Of a DNA stretch of 54,044 nt, positions 40,726 to 50,244 are shown piece by piece (the stretch's first letter is position 1; every line of letters begins with the position of its first letter). The notes under the pieces are model-generated. The model saw nothing but the letters and a program-made list of their open reading frames with translations, had not been told where the DNA came from and did no database searches. Location: contig JBFJHJ010000020.1 in NCBI GenBank assembly GCA_041613315.1, positions 1-54,044 of the forward strand. The letters are read 5' to 3'. Made by a program: the position numbers and the translations under genes. The stretch is from Gemmatimonadales bacterium (GTDB lineage: Bacteria > Gemmatimonadota > Gemmatimonadetes > Gemmatimonadales > GWC2-71-9).

Positions 40726-41124
40726 ATGTTCTTCCGCAGTCCACGACTAGGGGGACCGGTGAGAGGGTATCGGCTGGTGGGGCTGGTGGCGGCACTGCTC
40801 ACGGCCGCGGCGTGTTCCGGCGCGACGCAGGGCGGCAGCACAACCCGTCGCGCCAACTTGATCACGGCGCAGGAAATCGCGTCGGTGGAGGTATCCACGG
40901 CCTATGATCTCGTGCGTCGGCTGCGACCCCGGTGGCTACAGGCGCGCGGCAGCGGGACGCCGGTCGTGTACATCGACCAGCAGCGGCGTGGGGGACTCCA
41001 GGAGCTCGAACAGCTGCAGCCGATCGACGTGGCCGAGATGCGCTATCTGAACGCCAGCGACGCCACGCTCCGCTACGGGACCAACCACCCCGGCGGCGCC
41101 ATCCTCGTCACGACGAAGCGCTGA
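40726..41124 (+). CDS. small lipoprotein with a stand-alone TonB plug-like domain
   Basis: LTAAAC lipobox; LIT.QEI, YDLVRRLRPRWL, PVVYID, VAEMRYL.ASDATLRYG..GGAILVTTK. Confidence 0.78.
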   Translation: MFFRSPRLGGPVRGYRLVGLVAALLTAAACSGATQGGSTTRRANLITAQEIASVEVSTAYDLVRRLRPRWLQARGSGTPVVYIDQQRRGGLQELEQLQPIDVAEMRYLNASDATLRYGTNHPGGAILVTTKR

Positions 41125-41218
41125 GCTGAGGTTCTTCACCGCGGCGGGACGGCCGGCCAGGCGGTGCGCGCCCACGCCGCCCGCTCGCGCATGGCTGACC
41201 GGTGCGCGGGCCGCCGGG

Positions 41219-42427
41219 GTGTTGGTCGCCGCCGCCGCGCTCGCCGTCGGCTGCGGCGCCCGGGGCGCGACCGGCCGGCTCGCGCCGACCGTCGTGCTCA
41301 TTTCGCTGGACGGCTTCGCCTCACGGTTTCTCGATTCCGCCGTCACCCCGACGCTCGCCCGGCTCGCCGCCGAGGGGGTCTCCGCCTCCGACGGGATGGT
41401 GCCGGTGTTTCCGACCAAGACCTTCCCGAATCATTACACGATCGTCACCGGCCTCTATGCCGAACACCACGGCATCGTGGCGAATGCGATGTACGATCCC
41501 GTCTTCGATGCGACGTTTTCACTGAGCGACCGGCACGCGGTGGCGGACGGCCGGTGGTGGGGCGGCGAGCCCCTCTGGGTGACGGCGGAGTCGCAGGGAC
41601 AGCGGACGGCGCCGTTGTTCTGGCCGGGCAGCGAGGCGGAGATCAAGGGTGTGCGGCCCACGTACTGGAAGCCCTACGAGGGCAGCCTGGCCGACCACGA
41701 CCGCGTGGCGACCGTCTTGTCGTGGCTCGATCTCCCGCCTGCCCGCCGGCCGACGTTTGTCACCTTGTACTTCAGCGACGTGGACTCGGAAGTCCACCGG
41801 CATGGACCGGATGGCTCCGAGGCGCGGGGGGCGTTGCGACGCGTTGACGCGGCACTGGGGCAGCTGGTCGAGGGGCTCGAGGACCGGGGGATCGCCGACC
41901 AGGTCAACCTGGTCGTCGTCGCCGATCACGGAATGGCCACCACCGCACCCGACCGCGTGATCTTCCTCGATGACTACCTGGACCTCGCGACCGTGCGGGT
42001 GAGCGACTGGAGTCCGGCGGCGGCGATCTGGCCGGCCGCGGGCGCCGAGGAGGCGGTCGTGCGGGCGCTACGGGCGGCGCCGGTGCCGTGGGCGGTGTAC
42101 CGCCGCGGGGAGATCCCCGCGCGATTCCATTATCGACACCATCGGCGCATCGCGCCGGTGCTCGTGGTGGCCTCCGAGGGCTGGTCCATCACCCGCCGGG
42201 CGGGTTTCCGGCCCGCCCGCTACGCGGGGGCGGACCACGGATACGACAACGCCTTGCCGTCGATGCGCGCGCTGTTCGTCGCCCGCGGGCCGGCCTTCGC
42301 GTCTGGCGTGACCGTGCCGCCCTTCCAAAACATCCATCTGTATGAGCTCATGGCGGCGGTGCTCAACCTCTCGCCGGCGCCCAACGACGGGAGTCTCGAT
42401 TCGGTCCGGGTCATGCTCAGAAAGTGA
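41219..42427 (+). CDS. ectonucleotide pyrophosphatase/phosphodiesterase (alkaline phosphatase superfamily)
   Basis: LISLDGF, FPTKTFPNHYTIVTG, WWGGEPLW, ADHGM, HGYDN. Confidence 0.93.
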   Translation: MLVAAAALAVGCGARGATGRLAPTVVLISLDGFASRFLDSAVTPTLARLAAEGVSASDGMVPVFPTKTFPNHYTIVTGLYAEHHGIVANAMYDPVFDATFSLSDRHAVADGRWWGGEPLWVTAESQGQRTAPLFWPGSEAEIKGVRPTYWKPYEGSLADHDRVATVLSWLDLPPARRPTFVTLYFSDVDSEVHRHGPDGSEARGALRRVDAALGQLVEGLEDRGIADQVNLVVVADHGMATTAPDRVIFLDDYLDLATVRVSDWSPAAAIWPAAGAEEAVVRALRAAPVPWAVYRRGEIPARFHYRHHRRIAPVLVVASEGWSITRRAGFRPARYAGADHGYDNALPSMRALFVARGPAFASGVTVPPFQNIHLYELMAAVLNLSPAPNDGSLDSVRVMLRK

Positions 42428-42464
42428 GCGACCCCCACGCTCCGGGTGGTCGCTCAGGGCGGGC

Positions 42465-43088
42465 TCACGCCGTGCCCTCCACGATCGACCGGATCGTCGT
42501 GATCAACATGTCGACGGCCACCTCGTTGTGCCCGCCCTCCGGGATGATCACGTGGGCGTAGCGCTTGCTCGGCTCCACGAACTCGAGGTGCATCGGCCGC
42601 ACGGTTTGGAGGTACTGCCGCACGACCGAGTCGAAGCTGCGGCCACGCTCGTGGATGTCGCGCCGAGTTCGCCGGATGATCCGCAGATCGGCGTCCGTAT
42701 CCACGAACACCTTGATGTCCATCAGAGTGCGCAGCGCCGGATCCGCCAGGATCAGAATCCCCTCGACGATCACCACTTTCCGCGGGGAGACGGCCTCGGT
42801 CTCGCCGCTCCGGGCGTGTCGCGTGAAGTCATACACCGGGACGGCGACACTCCGCCCGGCCTTGAGGGCTTTGAGGTGCTCCACCATGAGCGGGGTCTCG
42901 AGCGCGTCCGGATGATCGTAGTTGATGTTGACGCGTTCGTCTGGCGGGACGTCGCTGCGGTCATAGTAGTAGGAATCGTGGTGCACCAGGCTCACGGCGT
43001 CGGGGTCCAGCCGATTGGTGATGGCGCGGACCACCGTGGTCTTGCCCGAGCCGGAGCCGCCGGCGACACCGATGACGATGGGGGGCAC
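42465..43088 (-). CDS. udk: uridine kinase
   Basis: GVAGGSGSGKTT, DSYY, NYDHPDA, EGIL, RR.RRDI.ERGR, FVEPSKRYA. Confidence 0.95.
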   Translation of the reverse strand: MPPIVIGVAGGSGSGKTTVVRAITNRLDPDAVSLVHHDSYYYDRSDVPPDERVNINYDHPDALETPLMVEHLKALKAGRSVAVPVYDFTRHARSGETEAVSPRKVVIVEGILILADPALRTLMDIKVFVDTDADLRIIRRTRRDIHERGRSFDSVVRQYLQTVRPMHLEFVEPSKRYAHVIIPEGGHNEVAVDMLITTIRSIVEGTA

Positions 43089-43159
43089 GGTGGGAATGCT
43101 GTCGCGACGCCCGGAGGGCGTCAAGCGAACGGCGGCGCGGGCTCAGGGGCCGCGTGCGC

Positions 43160-43939
43160 CTAGCGTGTCCAGATCACGAGGGACCCGCACGGCTTGTTGA
43201 AACGCCGGAACTGCATCGGCACCTCGGCCGGACCGCGGTAAATCTCGACGGCTTCGATGTGGGTCCATGGGATCACGACGTCGATATCCACGTCGCGCGC
43301 GTCGCCCAGGTACATCCCGTCGAGGAAGATGAGCGGGTCACACCGATCGCCCCGCAACGAGATGATGTACGCGCGCGTGTCCATGCCGAGGCGCGGGTGC
43401 CGCCGCCCACGGTTCGCGTTGGGCAAGATGGCGACACCCGGCGTGCGGCGCAGGATGTCGGTCGTGCCCGTGGGCGTCCACCGCTCGATCTGCGCGCGCT
43501 CGATGAACGCTCCCAGCCCCATCCGCTGACGGTCGTAGAAGCCGGCGAGCTCCAAGTGGTGGTGGCGTCCGGCCTCACCGGTGACCGAGACACCGGGGAG
43601 TGTGACGGGCGCGACCGTCAGGACCAGCGCGCCCGCCGCGAGCGTGCGCGTCGTGCCGGCATCGAGATCCAACTGCACCTCGAGCGGCGTATACCCGATG
43701 GCGCGAACCTGCACCGTCACCGGCCCGGGCGCGATGCCCGAGACGAAGAAGCCACCGTCGCGATCGGAGAACACCGGCGCCGCGCCGGCGACCTGGATGA
43801 TCGCGCCCGCGACCGGACCGCCGTCGGGGTCGGTGACGGTGCCGGCAAGCGCGCCGGTTTGCGCGTGAGTCGTCGACGCGGCGAGGCACAGCAGGGCGCC
43901 GACGACGAGACCCGGGTTCGCGTAGGGACGTGATCGCAT
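43160..43939 (-). CDS. CarboxypepD_reg-like plus plug-domain secreted protein without barrel
   Basis: Signal peptide; G.V.DPDG.PV.GA; GFYDRQRMG.G.FI, C.P.IFLDG, IEAVEIYRG, CG.LVIWTR. Confidence 0.8.
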   Translation of the reverse strand: MRSRPYANPGLVVGALLCLAASTTHAQTGALAGTVTDPDGGPVAGAIIQVAGAAPVFSDRDGGFFVSGIAPGPVTVQVRAIGYTPLEVQLDLDAGTTRTLAAGALVLTVAPVTLPGVSVTGEAGRHHHLELAGFYDRQRMGLGAFIERAQIERWTPTGTTDILRRTPGVAILPNANRGRRHPRLGMDTRAYIISLRGDRCDPLIFLDGMYLGDARDVDIDVVIPWTHIEAVEIYRGPAEVPMQFRRFNKPCGSLVIWTR

Positions 43940-44044
43940 GTCGTCTCCGGCCGATCCGGCGAGCCGGGTGGATCGTCGGGCCGCGGCGGAAGGGAATTCT
44001 ATAGAAACAAAGGTCGACATCCGTGGCGAGCGTGCCCGCCGGGC

Positions 44045-45241
44045 CTACGCCGACGGGCCGCCGTCCGGTTCGCGCCGCCGGCTGACGACCAGGCGGGTGC
44101 CGTCCGCGCGGATCTTCCGATAGCCCAGAAGATGGAAGATCTGCAGGGCGCGCCACCGTGCGACCCGGCGATCGACCACGAAGACATCGCGCCGTCTCGC
44201 GTCGCGCCGTACTCCCGGGAGCCAATGGACGATGCGGTCGGCGCCGACCCGCCGCAGCACCGCCGACACCGTGAGCCAGAACGGTCGGAACTCCCGGATG
44301 ATGAAGAAGCCGTCGTCCCCCAGCTGCTGGTACAGCGGCATGAGAATCCGGCCCCCTTGCCGCGCGCGGACCACCCCCGCGCGGTCGCGCGCCAGGGTCT
44401 CCCCGGCGCGGATGGGCCGGAAGCTCGCGAACCCATCCAGCATCGCGAACCCGTCACCGGGCGTCACGGCGTGCCGGTGGCGCACCTCGACGACGCGCGG
44501 GAGCCCGTCGGCGGCCGCGGCGAGGTAGCGACGCGCGGCCTGAATCTCGTCGAGCGCGTCCGCGGCCACAATTCCGGTCGCTCCGAGCGTCACCCAAAGC
44601 GCCGCCGCCAGGCGGTCTGCGGACGCGGGATGTTCGTGGCGACCGCCCTCGACGCCGAGCGTCGTGCACCCCTCGCCGCTCAGGTATTCGACAAGCGTCC
44701 CGTCGATCTGTTCCTCGATTCCCAGAATGATCGGCACGGGCAGCGCGAGCGCCAAAGCGCGGTTCCGCAGCGTGTCGCCGATGGTGACGAACGGGGGACT
44801 CTCGCCGGACGTCGTATGGAGGTCCACGACGATTACGGCCCCCCGAGCAGCGGTCCGCGCCTCCGTGATGACCTGCCAGAGCTCCACCAGCTCGCGGTCT
44901 TCCGCGGACGCCGGGGGGAGCGCCGCGTGCGCCGCGTCGGGGTGGGGGCGGGCGGTGAGGGCCGCGATGCGCTCCGGCGCCCAGTGCCGGTTGAGGTCGT
45001 GGTCGAGAAAGCGCCGGCCGGCGGCGAGCGCCGCCCGATTGCCGACCAGCCCCACCACCTCACCGTGAATCGGCAGCGCCGTCTCCGCGAGACGATCGAG
45101 CACCCGCCGGAGCGCGTCCACGCCGGCAGGCTCGTTGCCGTGCACCGCCGCCACGGCGATCAGCGTCGGGCCGGGCGCGATACCACGCACCCGCCCGAGG
45201 ATCCTGGGCACCTCGCTGGGGCGGGGCCCGGGCGCCGTCAT
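44045..45241 (-). CDS. succinylglutamate desuccinylase/aspartoacylase (M14-like) family protein
   Basis: AVHGNEPAG, RFLDHDLNR, DLHTTS, EGG.H, ILMPLYQ. Confidence 0.9.
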   Translation of the reverse strand: MTAPGPRPSEVPRILGRVRGIAPGPTLIAVAAVHGNEPAGVDALRRVLDRLAETALPIHGEVVGLVGNRAALAAGRRFLDHDLNRHWAPERIAALTARPHPDAAHAALPPASAEDRELVELWQVITEARTAARGAVIVVDLHTTSGESPPFVTIGDTLRNRALALALPVPIILGIEEQIDGTLVEYLSGEGCTTLGVEGGRHEHPASADRLAAALWVTLGATGIVAADALDEIQAARRYLAAAADGLPRVVEVRHRHAVTPGDGFAMLDGFASFRPIRAGETLARDRAGVVRARQGGRILMPLYQQLGDDGFFIIREFRPFWLTVSAVLRRVGADRIVHWLPGVRRDARRRDVFVVDRRVARWRALQIFHLLGYRKIRADGTRLVVSRRREPDGGPSA

Positions 45242-45258
45242 GGAGGCAGAGCGCGCGC

Positions 45259-47175
45259 TCAGTCGTCGTCCAGCTTGTGTGCGAGGAGGCGCTCGGCGAT
45301 CGGCACGAGGTCGCCAACGCTGACGATCCCGACCAGTGTCCCATCCTGCACCACGGGGAGACAACTCACGCAGTGGTCACGCATGAGCCGGATCGCCTCT
45401 AGGGTGGTGGTCTCTGGACGGACGGTGATCGGATTGGGATCCATGATCTCCGTGACCGGGACCGTCACCGCTCCATCCCGGCCAGGGGACTCGGCGAGGA
45501 GTCGCAGCACCGCACCGTAGGAGACGAGCCCCACGAGCCGGCGGGCGTCGTCTTCCACGGGGACCTGGCGCACGTGCTTCCAATCCATGAGAAACGCCGC
45601 CAGATCCACCAACTCGCCCTCCTTCACGGTGTAGAGATCGGTAGTCATGTACTGCTCGACGCGCAAGTAATTGTGCCGCCACCCGCCCCCTTCGTCGATT
45701 GCGGCCGGCGCCCACTCGTGTCCGGGCGTGCCGTTCGCCTGGCGCGCCGCCGTCGCCGCTGTGAGGGCCGCGAGCCGCTCCGCCCGCGTCCCAGCGCGTC
45801 CCATCCCGGCGAGCGACTGGAGGAGCCACCGCGCCCCGGTGCGTCCGGTCTCCACCCGATGCGCGATAATCCCCAGATACCGCTCGCGGGCGTCGCGATC
45901 GATCCCGGCATCCGTGAGGCCGCGATCGGCGATTGGCACCAGCTCCCCGAGAATCAGCTCGCGCGCGGAGATCGACGCACCGCCCAGCCACGTGAAGCCG
46001 GCGTTGAGCCCCCGTCGGGCGGCCGCCAGTAAGTTGGCCCGCGCATCGTCAAAGTCCAGCCGGTCGGCAACATCGCCATAGGTCGCCGAGCCCCCCAACA
46101 TCAGTCCGGCCCAGAACGCGGCGTTCGCGACTTCGTCCGCCACGGACGGGCCGGCCGGCAGCGTGCGGCATTCGATCCTGAGATGCGGGCGGCCGTCCAG
46201 CACCCCGTAACACGGCCGGTTCCAGCGGTACACGGTGCTGTTGAACAGCTGCAGCGCATGAAGCTTCGGGATCCCGCCGCGCTCGAGGACGTCGAAGGCA
46301 TGCTCGGTGGAGGGGGACACGAAGAGGGCGGGGATCCGCGCCACATCCTCCTGAAACAGCTCGAGGATCGAGTCGCGGACCCAGCGTTCCCCGAAACGGA
46401 CCCTCGGGGTCAAGTCCCGCACGTGCGGTGTCGCGCCTCGCGTATCGATCGACTGCTGAAACAGGGCGATGCGCGTCTCCGCCCAGAGCCGCTTGCCGAA
46501 CAGCAGCGGTGAGTTGACCGCCGCGGCGAGCACCGGCCCCGCAATGGCCTGCGCCATGTTGTACATGGCCGGAAACTCGTCCGCGCCGACCTGCAGGTGC
46601 ACCTGAAAGCTGCTGTTGCAGGCCTCGAGCATGACGCTGTCGTGTTCAATGTGCAGCTCATCGGTGCCTTGGATGTGCAGCCGGTAACTGCCCCCCGACA
46701 TCCTGGTAAGGGCGTCGTTCAAGGCCAGATACCGCTCGCGCGGCGTGATGTTGGCGAGCGTGAGATCCGACTTGTTGATCGTCGGCAGGATCCCTGTGAG
46801 CACCACGCCAGCGCCGTGACGTGCGGCTTCGGTGCCGAGCCCGCCGAGCAGGATCGTGAGGCGCCGTTCCAACGCGGTGAAACAGTCGCCGGCGAGCTCG
46901 AGCGGGGGCAGGTTGAGCTCGAGGTTGAATTTCGCGATCTCGGTCGTGAACTCGGGAGCACGAAGCGCTTCGAGGATCGGGAGGGCCACCGGGTGGGGAC
47001 GCCATCCGCGGTCCACGAGAAAGACCTCTTGCTCCGCGCCGATCCGCCGGGGAGCCGACTCGATGGCCCCCTCGGTGATGAGGTGCTCGAGTGCCCGGAG
47101 ATCCTCGAGGATGTGCTTCGTGAACGCGCGAACCGCCGCGGCATCCAGATCAGCACGCACGTCCTGTCTGCCCAT
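45259..47175 (-). CDS. glutamate-cysteine ligase (GCS2) family protein with C-terminal CBS pair
   Basis: IGAEQE.FLVD, TEIAKFNLELN, SFQVHLQV, NSPLLFG, RIECR.LPAGP; two CBS repeats at C-terminus. Confidence 0.9.
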   Translation of the reverse strand: MGRQDVRADLDAAAVRAFTKHILEDLRALEHLITEGAIESAPRRIGAEQEVFLVDRGWRPHPVALPILEALRAPEFTTEIAKFNLELNLPPLELAGDCFTALERRLTILLGGLGTEAARHGAGVVLTGILPTINKSDLTLANITPRERYLALNDALTRMSGGSYRLHIQGTDELHIEHDSVMLEACNSSFQVHLQVGADEFPAMYNMAQAIAGPVLAAAVNSPLLFGKRLWAETRIALFQQSIDTRGATPHVRDLTPRVRFGERWVRDSILELFQEDVARIPALFVSPSTEHAFDVLERGGIPKLHALQLFNSTVYRWNRPCYGVLDGRPHLRIECRTLPAGPSVADEVANAAFWAGLMLGGSATYGDVADRLDFDDARANLLAAARRGLNAGFTWLGGASISARELILGELVPIADRGLTDAGIDRDARERYLGIIAHRVETGRTGARWLLQSLAGMGRAGTRAERLAALTAATAARQANGTPGHEWAPAAIDEGGGWRHNYLRVEQYMTTDLYTVKEGELVDLAAFLMDWKHVRQVPVEDDARRLVGLVSYGAVLRLLAESPGRDGAVTVPVTEIMDPNPITVRPETTTLEAIRLMRDHCVSCLPVVQDGTLVGIVSVGDLVPIAERLLAHKLDDD

Positions 47176-47324
47176 GCCGGCCTCCCCCCCGCACAGGGCG
47201 CCGCGCCCGCGGCGCGTCGTTTTCAGCATGGGGGCCGGCGATGCGCCTGCCCGTGAAGGGCGTCGCAAGACTTCCTTACGACGAACGCCACTCTAGGCAG
47301 GAGCGGACTTTGGCGGCCCAGGTG

Positions 47325-47384
47325 GTCAATTTACCTTTACATATAGTAAAGTGACATTGACATAATGTCGAGCATGGTTTACAT
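47325..47384. promoter_or_regulatory. three tandem 16-bp palindromic operators with 21-bp period
   Basis: GTCAA-N6-TTTAC (47325), GTAAA-N6-TTGAC (47346), GTCGA-N6-TTTAC (47367), each followed by AT; overlaps TTTACA/TTGACA and CATAAT promoter-like hexamers. Confidence 0.75.
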
Positions 47385-47586
47385 TGCCGGCCTGATCCTG
47401 ATGTACCTTCCGGCGTACTTGGTGGCGCGCCGCCTACCGGTGAGAGAGCGGCCGATGACCACGCACGACGGTTCGGCGACCGGCGGGTCGGCGTCGAGCC
47501 TGCGGCTCACGCCGGCGATTCTCGGGTGGTCTCTGGTGAGTGCCGCTCTGATGGTGGCCGTGTCCGCCTTGCCGCGGTACCGGTGA
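47365..47586 (+). pseudogene. degenerate small membrane-protein gene upstream of the XRE regulator
   Basis: Hydrophobic fragments; TACCGGTGA (YR*) occurs twice (~47435 and 47578), the second overlapping the XRE start. Confidence 0.4.
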
Positions 47587-47795
47587 AGAACCGGCTCCGG
47601 GTCTTACGGGCGGAGCGCTCCTGGTCCCAGGCCGACCTGGCCGGGGCACTTGGCGTGTCGCGGCAGACCGTGAACGCGATCGAGACCGAGAAATATGATC
47701 CGAGCCTGCCGCTGGCGTTCAGGATCGCCCACGTGTTCGGCCGATCCATTGAGGAGATCTTCGAGCCGAACGCCGATTTGCGGGAGGGACGATGA
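47583..47795 (+). CDS. XRE/HTH_3 transcriptional regulator
   Basis: KNRLRVLRAERSWSQADLA.ALGVSRQTVNAIET.KYDPSLPLAF.IA..F...IEEIF. Confidence 0.95.
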   Translation: MKNRLRVLRAERSWSQADLAGALGVSRQTVNAIETEKYDPSLPLAFRIAHVFGRSIEEIFEPNADLREGR

Positions 47796-48011
47796 GTGGC
47801 GCTCGGCTGGACACGACCGAGGTCCGCTCCTGCGCGCGATGGTCGGGGCGCTGCCGGCCGCAGCCGTCGCGCTGTGGATGATCGTCGTGCTGCTCGTCCG
47901 GTTCCTGCGGGCCGAGGGCTCCTCACCCGGTGGCACTTGGGCGACGTGTGGCCGCTATTAGTATTCCTCTACTCCGTCGGACTGGTCCTAGCGAGGCTTC
48001 GGTATCAGTGA
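47792..48011 (+). pseudogene. frameshifted membrane-protein remnant
   Basis: TM segments split over two frames (LLRAMVGALPAAAVALWMIVVLLVRFLR and VWPLLVFLYSVGLVLARLRYQ*); the ATG overlapping the XRE stop lies in a third frame. Confidence 0.5.
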
Positions 48012-49369
48012 CGCGCAACATCGTGGTACCTCGGCGGCGGCACGCACCGGGCCGGCTCGCGCTGGCTGCGGCGCTCCTGTGGGGCGCGCCCCTGGCCGCG
48101 CAACAGACGACCCCGCCGGGGCTGGCCGTCGAGACGTTTGAGACGGCGTGGCGTCTGGTGTACGAGACCCACTTCGACACCACGTTCAACGGCGTCGACT
48201 GGGTCGCACTGCGCGGCGAGTTGCGGCCGCGGGCGGAGGCGGCGGAGAGCCGGGAAGCGCTCCGCGCCGTCATCCGCGACATGTTGGAGCGGTTGGCGCA
48301 GTCGCATTTCAGTCTCATCCCCGAGGAGCTGGTGGACACGCTCGAGACACCGTCCGCCGACACGCTCGCGCGGCCTGGCGAGTCGGGGCTCACGGTATGG
48401 CTGCTGGGAGACGCTGTCGTGGTGACCGCTGTCGACAGCGGCGGCCCGGCCTGGGTGGCCGGCGTGCGCCCCGGCTGGATGCTCACGGCGATCGGTGACG
48501 AAACGATGGCCGATCTCGTCGCGGCGGTCCGGGAGAGCGAAGGCCGGTACTCGGATGGCGCGCGCGTGGCGGGGCGGGTGATGCGGCGGCTGCAGGGCGC
48601 GCCGGGCGCGCAGCATCGCCTCGCCCTGCAGGATGGGCGGGACGCGGCGCAGGAGGTGATCCTGACGCTGCGGCACAACCCGGCGGAGCCGGTCAAGTTC
48701 GGCAACCTCCCCACGTTCTACCCGCAGTTTGCGCGACGGCGGGTGACCGAGCCCGGGTCCCAGGTGACCGCCGGCGTGATCTGGTTCAATATCTGGATGG
48801 TGCCGATCATGCGGCAGCTCGATCGGGCCGTGGACGAGTTCCGTGACCTCGACGGCATCGTGATCGATCTGCGCGGCAACGGCGGCGGCGTCGGCGCGAT
48901 GGTCATGGGCGTGGCCGGCCACTTCGTCGATGACCGCGTCTCGCTCGGCGCGATGCGCGGGCGTACGACGACGCTCCGGTTCGCGGCCAACCCACGCCGG
49001 GTGGACGCGGCCGGTCGTCCGGTGTCCCCGTTCCCCGGGCCTGTGGCGGTCCTGATCGACGGCGCGACGGGCAGCGCGTCGGAGGTGTTCGCCGGCGGCT
49101 TGCAGGCGATCGGCCGCGTTCGCGTGTTCGGCGACACGAGCGCGGGTGCCGTCCTTCCGGCCCTCATGGACCGGCTGCCGAACGGCGACGTCCTCTATCA
49201 TGCGTTCGCGGACTTTGTCACGGCCACCGGCGAGCTGCTCGAAGGCCGCGGCGTGTTGCCCGACGAGCCGGTCGCCGTGACCCGTGACGACCTCCTCGCG
49301 GGACGCGATCCGGTATTGGAGGCGGCCATGCGATGGATCGTCGCGCAGGTGCAGCACTCACGCAGGTAA
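48008..49369 (+). CDS. S41 family peptidase (PDZ, C-terminal processing protease-like)
   Basis: Signal peptide; GVDW, QSHF, PDZ GPA..AGVRPG, IDLRGNGGG, TGSASE, EGRGV.PD. Confidence 0.9.
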   Translation: MTRNIVVPRRRHAPGRLALAAALLWGAPLAAQQTTPPGLAVETFETAWRLVYETHFDTTFNGVDWVALRGELRPRAEAAESREALRAVIRDMLERLAQSHFSLIPEELVDTLETPSADTLARPGESGLTVWLLGDAVVVTAVDSGGPAWVAGVRPGWMLTAIGDETMADLVAAVRESEGRYSDGARVAGRVMRRLQGAPGAQHRLALQDGRDAAQEVILTLRHNPAEPVKFGNLPTFYPQFARRRVTEPGSQVTAGVIWFNIWMVPIMRQLDRAVDEFRDLDGIVIDLRGNGGGVGAMVMGVAGHFVDDRVSLGAMRGRTTTLRFAANPRRVDAAGRPVSPFPGPVAVLIDGATGSASEVFAGGLQAIGRVRVFGDTSAGAVLPALMDRLPNGDVLYHAFADFVTATGELLEGRGVLPDEPVAVTRDDLLAGRDPVLEAAMRWIVAQVQHSRR

Positions 49370-49393
49370 TACGGACCCTCAGTGGAGGACAAG

Positions 49394-50152
49394 ATGCGAC
49401 ATGTGACTCTGACCGTGTTGGCGGCGTCGACTCTCATGGTGGCGCCCGTGCTGGCGCAGCAACCGGCGGGCGAGGCGCTGCCGGCCGCCCGCGCGCTCGT
49501 CGCCAAATACGTCACGGCGATCGGCGGCGAAGCCGTGCTCAAGCGCCACCAGTCGCGGCACGCCAAGGGGCGGATCGAGGTGCCGGCTCAGGGGATCGGT
49601 GGCACCATCGAGGTCTACAGTGCGGCGCCCAACAAGCTCTTCGTGCGGACGGACATCCCCGGTATGGGACTGATCCGCGCTGGCTTCAACGGAGACGTGG
49701 CGTGGACCGTGCACCCGGCCATGGGCCCGATGGTGCTCGACGGCCGCATGCGGGACCAGATGCGCCAACAAGCGGACGTGCTGGCCCCGCTGCACGGCGA
49801 GGCATACGTCAAGTCGGTGGAGACGGTCGGCAAGACCGTCTTCGAGGGGCGCCCCAGTTATAAGATCAAAGTCGTGACGCAATGGGGCGAGGAGTACCAC
49901 GAGTTCTTCGACGCCGACACCGGCCTGCTCTTGGGGTATATCCGGCACCAGGCCACGCCGATGGGCGACATCGAGACGACCACCGTGTTGTCCGACTATC
50001 GGGACATGGACGGTCTGCAGGTCCCAATGAAGTCGGTGCAGCGGATGATGGGCATGGAGCAGGTCCTCACCGTGTCGACCCTGCAGCTGGAGGCCGTGGA
50101 CCCATCCGTCTTCACCCTGCCGGCGGAGATCCAAGCGCTGGTCGTGCGCTGA
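49394..50152 (+). CDS. secreted LolA-like-fold hypothetical protein
   Basis: GGAGG SD; signal peptide; YVTAIGG, APNK, GFNGDVAW, FDADTGLL, SDYR..DG..VP, D.SVF.LP. Confidence 0.72.
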   Translation: MRHVTLTVLAASTLMVAPVLAQQPAGEALPAARALVAKYVTAIGGEAVLKRHQSRHAKGRIEVPAQGIGGTIEVYSAAPNKLFVRTDIPGMGLIRAGFNGDVAWTVHPAMGPMVLDGRMRDQMRQQADVLAPLHGEAYVKSVETVGKTVFEGRPSYKIKVVTQWGEEYHEFFDADTGLLLGYIRHQATPMGDIETTTVLSDYRDMDGLQVPMKSVQRMMGMEQVLTVSTLQLEAVDPSVFTLPAEIQALVVR

Positions 50153-50244
50153 TCAGGACCCGGGTGGCGCGCGGCGCCGGCCGGGATGACCACGCGTGGC
50201 CGGGGCGGCGAGTGCGGCGCCGGCACGCGCGTATATTGGGGATC

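Noticed and set aside
47325..47384. CRISPR-like mini array
   Set aside because: 21-bp period with 5-nt gaps and degenerate repeats, no cas genes; fits operators instead
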